A stretch of 64,000 nucleotides of DNA from a bacterium (GCA_963662285.2 CAXXMV010000001.1:256001-320000), one strand, 5' to 3'; counted from the first letter of the stretch, positions 37,680 to 47,541 are shown. The notes: generated by a model from the letters alone, not told the origin. Program-made: numbers and translations.

Positions 37680-38139
37680 TTCCTTCGCTATAGCCAGCCT
37701 GTTTCATAACACGATGTACTGTATTAACAAAATCGTCTCTACCCCGTGAGTCCCACTCCTCCCAATATTGCATAGCATTTTTCCAGGTCGATTCCCAAAG
37801 CAAGGATTTGGAGAAAGGGAAATAGTGATCATCTGCTAAATCCGCTAAATCCGCTAAATCTGCTAATCTGCATGATTCTATTGGAGTTGTCTCTGCAAAT
37901 GATTTGCTAGGGTTCGCTAAATCAGGTTTTGAATCCATCTCAGTAGCAACGTTTAGCGGAGAAATAGCATCGCTATCTTCTCCCAAGTCAGCCACTTTAG
38001 CAGGATTAGCAGAATTAGCAGGCCTGATAATATTCTCTATATCTTGGAAAAGAGCATCGATGGAATCATCAGATTGAATTTTCATCGTAATTGACTCTCC
38101 AAACATCCTTGTATTTCTTCCCGTCGATATCTGCACCAC
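37636..38139 (-). CDS. Hypothetical protein overlapping the iteron region
   Basis: LADLADLAD and PANSANPAK are encoded by GCTAA/TTAGC repeats; GGAG before MKIQ. Confidence 0.5.
   Translation of the reverse strand: MVQISTGRNTRMFGESITMKIQSDDSIDALFQDIENIIRPANSANPAKVADLGEDSDAISPLNVATEMDSKPDLANPSKSFAETTPIESCRLADLADLADLADDHYFPFSKSLLWESTWKNAMQYWEEWDSRGRDDFVNTVHRVMKQAGYSEGNAVAFALLQYKEKI
37834..38022. repeat. Iteron-like repeats, putative island origin
   Basis: TGCTAAATC CGCTAAATC CGCTAAATC TGCTAATC (37834-37868), opposed by TTAGCAGGA TTAGCAGAA TTAGCAGG (37997-38022), with single copies between; directly after the primase gene. Confidence 0.7.
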
Positions 38140-40303
38140 CTTTTACTCTTTCCGCCCAGCCATGCTCTTCAAGCGCCTTCATGGCTTGCCTTGCTGCTTT
38201 GGCTGCACGGAATCGCATGGGACCAGATTGATAGATGACAGGCAAGGGGACTAACTTAAGGCCTTTTTGTTTCAGCCATTTCAGTAAAATTTTTGCATTT
38301 TCAATCTGTGGGTCCGAGATAATTAATGACTGAATCCGAAGGGCCTCATTTAGATAAAAACGTGCTAACTCGATCCCGCTTTTTATGTGATCAACATCAA
38401 TCTCTGTTGCGCCCATATCATCCACAACCTGAAGGATCGCAGACAGCCGGATTGCGTGTTCGGGAATTTTATTAGCAAAACTGCGAATGTGATCCAGGTC
38501 TTTGCCTGGTTTGAGTCTTCCCTCTATTACATCATGAAACTGAATCCACACTTGTTTTGCCTTATCCGTGAGCCGAATAATTCGTAAGGCTGATCCACCG
38601 TTCACAATGGATTCTCGGTTCACGTTTAATAATTCTTCCATCTTTTCGTAATATCTTTTAATCTCAGGGGATTCATATAAATTAATTTCCTTGTAAAGTC
38701 GTGTCCCTGCCGTTGTAACTGGAGAACATATTAAAAATCGAGATAAAAATCCTTGATCGATAATCCCGTTATCCGCAATCAATTTTTGAGCGACAGCGGG
38801 CTGACACATAATATGACAAGTTAAGCGTTTATCAAAAAGGACAATTGGATCATCGCCCCCTCGTACGCGGGTAACCGGTTTGCCATCCCACAAACTTGAA
38901 AGGCCACTAGCTGTCTTGACGGAATTATCTCTGTTCATAGCATGGCCATGGATCAAGCGGCCTCCCTCATCACTAAAAAGGCCTATTGAAGCCGATCCTT
39001 TATAGAATAATTTTACCAAACCTTCATAAGACGGCTCTTCGATGAGGAATATGGGATATGAAGGAGGAGGTCCCTGAGGTGATTCCGATTTTTCCCACTC
39101 CTCAAGTTTCTTTTTGTACTCATTCAAGATTTCCTTCTGAAAAGCCTCATGTTTGCGAAGCGCAACACGGTCTACTGCGCTCTTTCTTTCACCGGATAGT
39201 GCCAGCGTGAGGAAAAATTCCGAAGCAGGATATACCCGGCCATCTAATTCGACATTAACAAGTGATTGAATGGTTAATCCTGCAGCTGCCAGGATCGATT
39301 GACCACATAATGCGTCTGGAGCCTGGATAGCTTCTTGGATTTTGCGAGCAGCCTTGCTGAGAACAGGACCTAACGCTTCCATCGGGAACGGCATTGATTC
39401 ACGCTGTTCTCTTTCCAATGGAAGTGGCAATTCTTTTGCTGTTTGATCTAATTTGGATTCTTGATAGTACTCCGCTTGTTCCATGATTTTTTTGAAACTC
39501 CTAGAAAAATTATCCGGATCAGCTTTGTGGAGGTCGTTTGGATCTTTGTGAGGAGAACAATTGATGACGAGTAATTCACCATCCCAGCCGGTATCGCGTA
39601 ATCGTGTTGCCACTCTTTTCACTAATTTCGCCCCGGCACTATCGGGCTCCTGTACGATATATATTTTGGCGATGTCCTTAAAATAATCCGCAGATAAACA
39701 CGTCGTCATTGTCGCCCCAGGAACAGCCAAGGCAGGGAAACCATGATACCAGAGTGTCCATGCGTCAGACTCACCTTCCTCCAGGACGATATAGTCTGCT
39801 TGTTGAGCCTCCTCCAATCGCCATAGACCATAAGGAACAACGGCCCCCTTGCCTGTGTTCCATTTAAATCCGTTTTTGGCTTTGCGAGCATTCCTAAAGC
39901 GTTGTCTCGGTGCCAGACTGCCATTTGCAAGCCGGTACTCAATCTGTACGTTATTAGCCCCATTGCTTACTCCTAACTCCCGCAAAAACTCGACAGGGAG
40001 TTGTTTGTCTTTGGCGAGCATATCAACAGATATTGGACTGGTGTTTTTTCGAGATGATACGGGGAATAGATCAGATTTTTTAAGGCCTAGCGCCGCAGTG
40101 ATTGCATCGAAGGTACACCCAGCGAAACAATTCAGCAGAATTGTCCCATCTGGAGCGGTACCAATAGAAAGCGAGGGGGTCTTGTCTCCTTCACCTTTGC
40201 CATGGCCAGGAACAGGACAATGGCCCACATGTCCATCGCCGGATGGCTTGGCGGATGTTTTATCAATAATGCTTTTCAGGGTATCAGAGATATTTGATGT
40301 CAT
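38069..40303 (-). CDS. Primase (Zn-binding + TOPRIM) fused to DUF3987/YfjI helicase-like domain
   Basis: CPVPGH..DKTPSLSI..LNCFAGC; LEEGESDA; EPDSAG; KDPND; ALSGERKSAVD; SDEGG; QGFLSRFLI. Confidence 0.88.
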   Translation of the reverse strand: MTSNISDTLKSIIDKTSAKPSGDGHVGHCPVPGHGKGEGDKTPSLSIGTAPDGTILLNCFAGCTFDAITAALGLKKSDLFPVSSRKNTSPISVDMLAKDKQLPVEFLRELGVSNGANNVQIEYRLANGSLAPRQRFRNARKAKNGFKWNTGKGAVVPYGLWRLEEAQQADYIVLEEGESDAWTLWYHGFPALAVPGATMTTCLSADYFKDIAKIYIVQEPDSAGAKLVKRVATRLRDTGWDGELLVINCSPHKDPNDLHKADPDNFSRSFKKIMEQAEYYQESKLDQTAKELPLPLEREQRESMPFPMEALGPVLSKAARKIQEAIQAPDALCGQSILAAAGLTIQSLVNVELDGRVYPASEFFLTLALSGERKSAVDRVALRKHEAFQKEILNEYKKKLEEWEKSESPQGPPPSYPIFLIEEPSYEGLVKLFYKGSASIGLFSDEGGRLIHGHAMNRDNSVKTASGLSSLWDGKPVTRVRGGDDPIVLFDKRLTCHIMCQPAVAQKLIADNGIIDQGFLSRFLICSPVTTAGTRLYKEINLYESPEIKRYYEKMEELLNVNRESIVNGGSALRIIRLTDKAKQVWIQFHDVIEGRLKPGKDLDHIRSFANKIPEHAIRLSAILQVVDDMGATEIDVDHIKSGIELARFYLNEALRIQSLIISDPQIENAKILLKWLKQKGLKLVPLPVIYQSGPMRFRAAKAARQAMKALEEHGWAERVKGGADIDGKKYKDVWRVNYDENSI

Positions 40304-40528
40304 TTAACGAACACCTCCCATATCCTTCTCCCTGGGCTGGACAGTTTGACTTTGCAACCAGGAATCGAGTAACTCCCGATTAAAGCGCAAACTGCCCCCT
40401 AGCTTGGTATAGGGGATGCGTTGCATATGCACCCGGTTATAAACAGCCTTGGTAGTTAAGCCCAAATAGGCCGCCGTTTCTTGAACGTTCATCCATTTAT
40501 TGGTCTCTGCTCCACAATTATTCATCAT
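40304..40528 (-). CDS. Excisionase-family HTH (HTH_17) protein
   Basis: WMNVQETAAYLGLTTKAVYNRV..IPYTKLGGSLRFNRELLDSWL. Confidence 0.9.
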   Translation of the reverse strand: MMNNCGAETNKWMNVQETAAYLGLTTKAVYNRVHMQRIPYTKLGGSLRFNRELLDSWLQSQTVQPREKDMGGVR

Positions 40529-40573
40529 TTGCCCTCTTCCTTGCAGATTTTGATAATTTCTCTGCCTTAATTG

Positions 40574-40707
40574 CGTAACTGGTTACGTCCGGAAGGAAAA
40601 TGAATGGTGCAATTGTGTGTAAGGTCAATTAAATGAGGGTTTAGATGAGAAATAAAAAAATACAAAAGGAACGTAACTATACCGTAACTATACCGTAACT
40701 GGTTACG
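40574..40707. promoter_or_regulatory. Operator-like CGTAAC repeats upstream of the xis-primase operon
   Basis: CGTAAC-TG-GTTACG at 40574-40587 and 40694-40707; CGTAACTATAC x2 at 40672-40693. Confidence 0.7.
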
Positions 40708-40752
40708 CTTTTAGTACGATCAGTATCTGAAAAATAAAATCAAATGGATAAT

Positions 40753-41913
40753 CTAATTTTCACGATCAAGGCGGTCAATAATTTCATCTTTTGGATTTAT
40801 CCCTGTACTAAGAGTACTAGTATCATTAACGCTACGTTTTGGGGAATGTGTTGAATGGTAGGCATCCCTCCATGGTATATTGTCTGGCAACATGTACTCC
40901 AAGTTACACCTTAATTGACGTTCACTCCTGGAATTATCTATGATTTGAAATGGAGTTTCTTCTTTACCGGTCATATTCTTCAAAAATTTCGAAATTTTAC
41001 TACATGTGGCTCTAAAACTTTGTTGATTGGTTGTGTTCATACTTTGTATGGTGAATCGTGTTTTCTCTTTGCCAGGATAATCGAGATGACTTAGCAATAG
41101 ATCGAGTAATGTTTTTCCACCTCGTTTCCCAATTAATCCAATTTCTTCAGGAGAGAATTTTGTTGGAGGACGTTTCTTTGATTTGAATTCAATTTTTAAA
41201 TCGGAGTCATTAATTGCAATAAAGGTAATTGATAAATTTTCCCACGGCTCATCGTTCAAAGGAAATGGCCAACTATGTTCTGGATGATTAATGTTATCAG
41301 TTGCATTGCTTTTGCGTTGAATCTCGCGCATTGCTGTTTCTATGTTCTCAATATATTGTCTACGTTGAATCTCTAGATTATCTAATCCTTCTGCAAATGT
41401 GACTTCTTGCGCAATGAAATGGTCTAACAGATCATTGCCATCCCATAGTTGTTTGTAAAACGGTAGCCCATCCCAACTAATACCGTTTGTCCGAATAAGT
41501 GGTTCAATGCGATAATATGCTTCTTCAATGGCATCTCGAATCGGCCACCATGGAATATCGTTGGGATTTTTTGAGAATTGAATACTCCTTACTATTGAAT
41601 TTTCTGTGATCGGTTCAAACGGACAATCTCCAACTTTGGGGATTAATGTCGAATCGGTTAGTACGGCAGATCGGTTTTTATCTTGATCATAACATGCGAT
41701 TGATTCCCCAATCGTCCCCCTGCCCCAAGGGATATCCTTGATTGTATTTATTTGCATATCAAGAAGGTCTTGCGCTCCAAAAAAATATGAATACGTTTCT
41801 TTACCCAATTCAAACTCTCTAGCCCAATGAAGACACCATTTGGTAGCTTTGAAATGGAGGTTAATAAGACGCTGTAAATGTAGGCATTGTTGAATAGAAT
41901 TTTTTTGTTCCAT
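40753..41913 (-). CDS. Hypothetical protein, possible C-terminal winged-helix regulator
   Basis: Starts 2 nt after the integrase stop; C-terminal FRATCSKISKFLKNMTG resembles a recognition helix. Confidence 0.55.
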   Translation of the reverse strand: MEQKNSIQQCLHLQRLINLHFKATKWCLHWAREFELGKETYSYFFGAQDLLDMQINTIKDIPWGRGTIGESIACYDQDKNRSAVLTDSTLIPKVGDCPFEPITENSIVRSIQFSKNPNDIPWWPIRDAIEEAYYRIEPLIRTNGISWDGLPFYKQLWDGNDLLDHFIAQEVTFAEGLDNLEIQRRQYIENIETAMREIQRKSNATDNINHPEHSWPFPLNDEPWENLSITFIAINDSDLKIEFKSKKRPPTKFSPEEIGLIGKRGGKTLLDLLLSHLDYPGKEKTRFTIQSMNTTNQQSFRATCSKISKFLKNMTGKEETPFQIIDNSRSERQLRCNLEYMLPDNIPWRDAYHSTHSPKRSVNDTSTLSTGINPKDEIIDRLDREN

Positions 41914-41915
41914 TA

Positions 41916-42959
41916 TTACCCAAATTTCAACCCATTCACCGCATCCTGTAAATGATCGGGAGCCAGATGTGAATAAAGCCGTGTCGTTTCAGTACTCGAA
42001 TGCCCGAGTAAGGCGGCAACCGTATAGAGCGGCGTCCCGGCCATAACCAAGTGCGAGGCGAAGGAATGGCGTAGCGTATGCGCCGTTACCTTATTGTCTC
42101 CTTCGATTGGTAATCCCGATAGGTTCACTAATCGCCGGAATCGTTTTTTCATTCCTTCATAGGTGACCTCAATCACCATTTCAGAACCTGGATTCGATTC
42201 AAGTCGTGCCTTAAGAAACTCACAGAGATCTTTATTCATGGGGATGACACGTGTCTTTCGCGTCTTAGTTGTCCAATCTTGGCGGGGAGCAATTGTGATG
42301 ATGCGTTGATCGAAATTGATGTCTTGCCAGCGCAAAGCAAGGGCTTCTCCAGCCCGTAAACCGGCATTCAGTCCCAGCATCACATAGGCGTCTAATTCGG
42401 GAGATAGTTGTTCGGCGGTTTCTCGTAATTTAGCGATTTCCTCTTTTGAAAGAAAACGTAACCGCCCCTCATCTTCTTGCAGTTTCTTGGCCTTGGGGAT
42501 CGCAGTCTCCGGCATCATGTCCCAATCCACGGCTTTTCGGAGCATTGCGAGAAGGGCATGATGCGTTTCAATATTGACTGTCCGGGTTTTTACCGATTGC
42601 AGCCTGTAACGTTGGTAAGCCTCGATCTGGGATGCTGAGATGTTCTTAAGGGCCGTTGACTCCCCAAAGAAAGGCAAGATGAAATTCTCTAACAGCAGCC
42701 CTTTGTTGTGAGCCCAGCGGGGAGCCATTGTCGTCCTGCAATGCTCCAGATACTTATCTGTTAATTCCCGGAGAGTGTATCGCTTGAGCGTGGTTGGTAA
42801 GTCGTTGTACTCCTTAGCTTCTTCCACCTTATACTGGTTGAGTACCTCTAATGCGATCTTCTTTTTATCGGTCTTGGTGGATACGCGCTTCCACCGTCCA
42901 TTTACCTTATACTGGACATACCAGATGTCGCTTTTGGGCTTTTTAATGAGGCTGGCCAT
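41916..42959 (-). CDS. int: Tyrosine recombinase/integrase
   Basis: AGGAG + ATG 42959; catalytic GLRAGE, TKT, HTLRH, LGHSS, RLYSH. Confidence 0.95.
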   Translation of the reverse strand: MASLIKKPKSDIWYVQYKVNGRWKRVSTKTDKKKIALEVLNQYKVEEAKEYNDLPTTLKRYTLRELTDKYLEHCRTTMAPRWAHNKGLLLENFILPFFGESTALKNISASQIEAYQRYRLQSVKTRTVNIETHHALLAMLRKAVDWDMMPETAIPKAKKLQEDEGRLRFLSKEEIAKLRETAEQLSPELDAYVMLGLNAGLRAGEALALRWQDINFDQRIITIAPRQDWTTKTRKTRVIPMNKDLCEFLKARLESNPGSEMVIEVTYEGMKKRFRRLVNLSGLPIEGDNKVTAHTLRHSFASHLVMAGTPLYTVAALLGHSSTETTRLYSHLAPDHLQDAVNGLKFG

Positions 42960-43179
42960 GTGTTTCTCCTTGAAGAGTACATAAAAAATACACAAAAGAT
43001 TGTGTACTCTTATACTGTCCTCTCATGATTCACCATATCGAAAACAATGTTACCCAAACCGATAGTACATACAACAGTACACAATAAAACAGCGAAAACA
43101 AGGGAAATAGAGGGAATTGCAGGAAAGTCGTGAGTTGAGAAAAGCCTTTATTTATAGGGTTTTTGAGGATTTTTGGGAA

Positions 43180-43252
43180 AGCGGGAGACGGGGTTCGAAC
43201 CCGCGACCCTCAGCTTGGGAAGCTGATGCTCTACCAACTGAGCTACTCCCGC
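43180..43252 (-). tRNA. tRNA-Gly (CCC), CCA not encoded
   Basis: Reverse complement GCGGGAGTAGCTCAGTTGGTAGAGCATCAGCTTCCCAAGCTGAGGGTCGCGGGTTCGAACCCCGTCTCCCGCT folds as a cloverleaf, anticodon CCC. Confidence 0.97.
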
Positions 43253-43518
43253 ATTTTATTTACGTTAACCTTATTATTCGGTTTTTTTATAGTTGTGTCA
43301 AGCGAATGCAATTCAATATCTTTTTTCAACTACTCATCATTTACATGCATTATTAATCTATAAGCATCATTATTTCTTAGTAATTACATCTGCTTTTATT
43401 TGATCATTTACTGATCGGTGTTCTCTGTTCAAGGGTAGATGGTTGGTATAGAATTGATAGGTGGTTAATTTTTTCTTGATTCGGATAATTTATCCAATAT
43501 AAATTAAGGTATTTTAAT

Positions 43519-44640
43519 GTGAAGATCGAATCCATTGATGTATATCCAGTGTATTATCCAACTAAAGGACGCTTCAAATTTCTTGAATCGCCTGACGGCA
43601 AACGAACCGGGCGGGCTGCGGTTTTGGTGAAAATAACGGCGGATGATGGAACTTTCGGTTGGGGAGAATGCGTTCCGGTTCATACCTGGGCCTACGAGAC
43701 GCTTGAATCCGTTACTTTTACCATTCGGCGTTATTTGACTCCCGTTTTGATTGGTGAAGATCCCTTTGATCTTGTCGGTATCCATAAGATTATGGATCAA
43801 ACAATCCGTCCGGGATTCACTACTGGTCAACCCATGAGCAAAGCGGGGATTGATATCGCTTTGCATGATCTATGCTGTAAATCGTTGAATTGTTCTCTGG
43901 CGCAATACTGGGGAGGATCGCCCAAAAGTGAAATAGAACTAAGTTGGACATTGAATCCTGCCAGCCTGGATGACCTTGATGGAATGATAGATGCCGGATG
44001 GGATAAAGGCTTTCGTAATTTTAACGTAAAAGTCGCTCCTGATCCGCTTTATGATATTGAACTATGCCGCAGAGTAAAACAGCGCGTTCCAGACGGCTTC
44101 TTGTGGGCGGACGCCAATGGTGGCTATGATCTTTCATCCGCCCTGGCGGCGGCGCCCAAACTGGCGGAAATAGGGGTTGACGTGTTGGAAGCGCCCTTGC
44201 CGCCAAACCACATTTCCGGCTATCAGCGCCTCAAACAGCAAGGCGCTTTGCCCATAATCATGGATGAGGGGGTAATCGCGGTTCGCGACTTGATTGAATT
44301 CATTAAGTTAGACATGCTTGACGGCGTAGCCATGAAACCAGCCCGCTGTGGTGGGTTGCTCACCGCACGCAAGCAAATTGAGATTATTCTGGATGCGGGT
44401 ATGATATTCCTGGGCAGCGGTTTATCTGATCCTGATGTTACATTATCCGCATCATTAGCCCTTTTTGGCGCTTTTGATTTATACTACCCGGCAGCATTGA
44501 ATGGACCACAATTCCTGGATTACAGCGTTTTGACCTCTCCTTTAAAATTGAATGAAGGTAAACTGAGAGTTCCCTCAGGCCCTGGTTTGGGAATTGAGGT
44601 AAATGAAAACAAGATTCAGGAAATCCAAGTAGAACCATAA
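43519..44640 (+). CDS. Enolase superfamily, mandelate racemase/muconate lactonizing enzyme family
   Basis: GTFGWGEC; AGIDIALHDL; NVKV; ADANGGY; LEAP; MDEG; MKPARCGG; PSGPGLGIEV. Confidence 0.9.
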   Translation: MKIESIDVYPVYYPTKGRFKFLESPDGKRTGRAAVLVKITADDGTFGWGECVPVHTWAYETLESVTFTIRRYLTPVLIGEDPFDLVGIHKIMDQTIRPGFTTGQPMSKAGIDIALHDLCCKSLNCSLAQYWGGSPKSEIELSWTLNPASLDDLDGMIDAGWDKGFRNFNVKVAPDPLYDIELCRRVKQRVPDGFLWADANGGYDLSSALAAAPKLAEIGVDVLEAPLPPNHISGYQRLKQQGALPIIMDEGVIAVRDLIEFIKLDMLDGVAMKPARCGGLLTARKQIEIILDAGMIFLGSGLSDPDVTLSASLALFGAFDLYYPAALNGPQFLDYSVLTSPLKLNEGKLRVPSGPGLGIEVNENKIQEIQVEP

Positions 44641-45914
44641 TGCCAAAATATCTTTTGCAACTAGGGCATTGCCCTGACATATCTTATGCTGAAATTGCAG
44701 CAGTGCATGATCGTCTTCCAGTAAATCTGACTTCCATTGATATGGATCAGGATATCGTTATTGCTAAAAGTGATGATACCAGCAATATCAAATCTTTTTG
44801 CAATGAACTGGGCGGAACAATTCGCGCCGCCAAAATTTTATTTACTAAACCGCCGGAAATATCTATCAAGGATGAACTTACGCCGGATTATCTTCTCGAA
44901 GTATTTGATGCGGCTCATATTGTGGAACAACTCAAGGAACGCTCCAAACGTCCCATTTTCGGAATTTCGATCTTAGGCGACTTGCCTCAAAATTTCAGTA
45001 AAAAAGATGCTTATTCGCTACTCCACGAAACAGCTGACTTATTAAAACAAAAATTAAAAGATAATGATGCTTCATCCCGCTTCGTGATGCCTGATCCAAA
45101 AGGTGGGTCATTATGTCTTAGCGGAGCGCAGGTTAAAAACAACAACTTATTTAATGATGGCATGGAAATTTGCATCCGGCTTAATCAATCAATGGGAATA
45201 ACCATAGCTGAATCGGTTTGGCTGCAGGATTATGAAGATTATTCCAACCGGGATTATGGACGCCCGGGACGTGACGCCCATAGCGGAATGCTGCCGCCGA
45301 AACTGGCGCGAATCCTGATTAATCTGGCGCGCACTAAAGATACCGAGACCGTACTCGATCCATTCTGCGGCAGTGGTGGAATTATAACCGAAGCAGGAAT
45401 GATGGGATTGAACTCGACCGGTTTTGACAAAAGCCAGAAAGCCATTGATGATTCCATAAATAATTGGGAATGGCTTCAATCAAACACCGATAGCGCAACG
45501 GGCAGAGTTCGCGCTTTGTTGGGAGACGCACGTCAACTTCATACTCTTTGTTCGCCGCTATTCTTTGATTGCTGCGCTACGGAGCCATATCTTGGCCCGC
45601 CAATGAGCAAACCGCTTGATCCACAGCGTTTCGGGATTATATCTAATGAACTTATCCCATTATATATAAGAGTCTTAGGAGAAATCCGAACTGTTGTTAA
45701 GCCTGGTTCCAGGGTAGTATTCGTAGTTCCCCGTTTTCGTTTAAAAGAAAATGATTCATATGCAAATCTCCGGCTGCTTTCCGATATCAAACTGCTTGGC
45801 TATCATATTCTTGATCCATTATCTGATTTTGAACCAATTAAAGGGCGAACGCCTTTGGTTTATTCAAGACCCAGTCAGGTAGTACAGCGAGAAATATTCG
45901 TCTTGCAAGCTTAA
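44640..45914 (+). CDS. Trm11-like SAM-dependent RNA methyltransferase
   Basis: RDYGRPGRD..SGMLPPKLARILINLA; VLDPFCGSGGI; GDARQL; ATEPYLG. Confidence 0.8.
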   Translation: MPKYLLQLGHCPDISYAEIAAVHDRLPVNLTSIDMDQDIVIAKSDDTSNIKSFCNELGGTIRAAKILFTKPPEISIKDELTPDYLLEVFDAAHIVEQLKERSKRPIFGISILGDLPQNFSKKDAYSLLHETADLLKQKLKDNDASSRFVMPDPKGGSLCLSGAQVKNNNLFNDGMEICIRLNQSMGITIAESVWLQDYEDYSNRDYGRPGRDAHSGMLPPKLARILINLARTKDTETVLDPFCGSGGIITEAGMMGLNSTGFDKSQKAIDDSINNWEWLQSNTDSATGRVRALLGDARQLHTLCSPLFFDCCATEPYLGPPMSKPLDPQRFGIISNELIPLYIRVLGEIRTVVKPGSRVVFVVPRFRLKENDSYANLRLLSDIKLLGYHILDPLSDFEPIKGRTPLVYSRPSQVVQREIFVLQA

Positions 45915-45947
45915 TATAAAATTGCGTAACTCTCAAAAGAGACTTTT

Positions 45948-46631
45948 TTGAATCTCATGCAGCAGAATCCTATCCGCTTATATCTGGAACAACTCCATGC
46001 CTTAGGCATGGATTCTGTATATCTGTCTGAGAAAGCGCAGCAATTGCTTTCTCCTCCAGGTAATAAAGAGGCTTTAGACCAATTGGATCAATCACTTAAA
46101 GACTGCAAACTATGCCGACTATGTGAAAAACGGAAACAGGTGGTGTTTGGTGGAGGCAACCCGGATGCGCAGATTGTCTTTGTCGGTGAAGGTCCAGGCG
46201 CCGATGAGGATCAGCAGGGTATTCCGTTTGTCGGAAAAGCGGGACAACTGCTGACAGATATGATCGAAAAGGGTATGAATATAAAACGTAGGGATATCTA
46301 TATCTGCAATGTTATCAAATGCAGACCTCCCGGCAACCGTAATCCCGAAGTAGATGAAATCGCTGCTTGCGAACCGTTTTTGATCCAACAACTGGATATC
46401 ATTAAACCAAAAGTTATTGTGGCGCTGGGTAAATTCGCTGCGCAGACTTTACTGCAAATCGATACAGGAATTATGCGTATGCGTGGTAAATGGCATGAAT
46501 TCAGGGGAATTAAAGTCATGCCGACTTTTCATCCATCATACATTCTTCATATCAGAGATGCTCAAAAACAACGGGAAGAAAAAATCAAAATCTGGAATGA
46601 CCTTAAGATGGTACTTAAAGAATTAGGTTGA
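45948..46631 (+). CDS. Uracil-DNA glycosylase family 4 (Fe-S)
   Basis: CKLCRLC; VGEGPGADED; FVGKAGQLL; KCRPPGNR; TFHPSY. Confidence 0.95.
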   Translation: MNLMQQNPIRLYLEQLHALGMDSVYLSEKAQQLLSPPGNKEALDQLDQSLKDCKLCRLCEKRKQVVFGGGNPDAQIVFVGEGPGADEDQQGIPFVGKAGQLLTDMIEKGMNIKRRDIYICNVIKCRPPGNRNPEVDEIAACEPFLIQQLDIIKPKVIVALGKFAAQTLLQIDTGIMRMRGKWHEFRGIKVMPTFHPSYILHIRDAQKQREEKIKIWNDLKMVLKELG

Positions 46632-46680
46632 GCTTCTGAAAATAGAACAATCTTGATTTATAGGGAAAGGATCAAAAACG

Positions 46681-47541
46681 GTGTCCATCAAGCAGATCAG
46701 CGTTGTTATTCCAGCCTACAATGAGGGGCCATGCATTGGCGAAGTTGTAAGCAAAATCCATAACGCCTTACAGGATATTGAATTTGAAATAATTGTGGTT
46801 AACGATGGCTCTTCTGATGACACCGCAGAAAAAGCATCCACCGCCGGCGCCAATGTGATAAATCATCACATCAACCGGGGTTATGGCGCCTCACTGAAAA
46901 CCGGCATTCGCAAAGCGCGTTTTGAATGGATTTCGCTTATTGATGCGGATGGTCAGCATAATCCTGACGATATACTGCGGTTAGTTTCAGAGATTGATCA
47001 AGGCTACGATCTGGTTATTGGCATCCGGGATAAATCTTCATTTCAATACGCCTCACGTATGCCGGGCAAAAATTTCCTACAATGGTTCGCAGGTTTTGTA
47101 GTGGGGATCAAACCTAAAGACGTCAATTCCGGTTTAAGAGTGTTTCGCAAATCTGATGTTTTACCCTATTTCCCGATACTGCCAAACAAATTTTCCTTCT
47201 CAACAACCATGACATTAGCTATGATCAAGGACGCTTATGAAGTGGGCGATGTATCTATACAGGTTTCATCCCGGCAGGGCAGACGTAGTACGGTTGCGTT
47301 GAAAGATGGTTTTCGAACCATCATGCTTATCGTTCGCATCGCCATGTTGTTTAATCCGCTCAAGGTATTTGTTCCCATCAGTGGATTATTATTCAGCGTT
47401 GGATCGCTTTATGCGCTCTTCGACCTAGTAAGGAAATTTAATATCCCTACAGGCGCGGAATTGTTGATGATAGCAAGCGTTATTATTTTCAGTTTCGGCG
47501 TACTGGCTGATCAGATTGCTTCTATTCGGCGGGGGGGATGA
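46681..47541 (+). CDS. Glycosyltransferase family 2 (DPM-synthase-like) with two C-terminal TM helices
   Basis: SVVIPAYNE; VVNDGSSDDT; NRGYGASL; IDADGQH. Confidence 0.92.
   Translation: MSIKQISVVIPAYNEGPCIGEVVSKIHNALQDIEFEIIVVNDGSSDDTAEKASTAGANVINHHINRGYGASLKTGIRKARFEWISLIDADGQHNPDDILRLVSEIDQGYDLVIGIRDKSSFQYASRMPGKNFLQWFAGFVVGIKPKDVNSGLRVFRKSDVLPYFPILPNKFSFSTTMTLAMIKDAYEVGDVSIQVSSRQGRRSTVALKDGFRTIMLIVRIAMLFNPLKVFVPISGLLFSVGSLYALFDLVRKFNIPTGAELLMIASVIIFSFGVLADQIASIRRGG

Larger units (their letters stand above)
21986..43223. mobile_element. tRNA-Gly-integrated genomic island (21.2 kb) with phage-satellite-like replication backbone
   Basis: 44-bp att direct repeats, integrase next to the tRNA, xis/primase/PC4 module, AGTACACAA-type repeats inside both ends, no virion or conjugation genes. 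Confidence 0.92.

Noticed and set aside
37395-43000. Prophage or ICE
   Set aside because: No capsid, terminase, tail, lysis, relaxase or T4SS genes between the att sites
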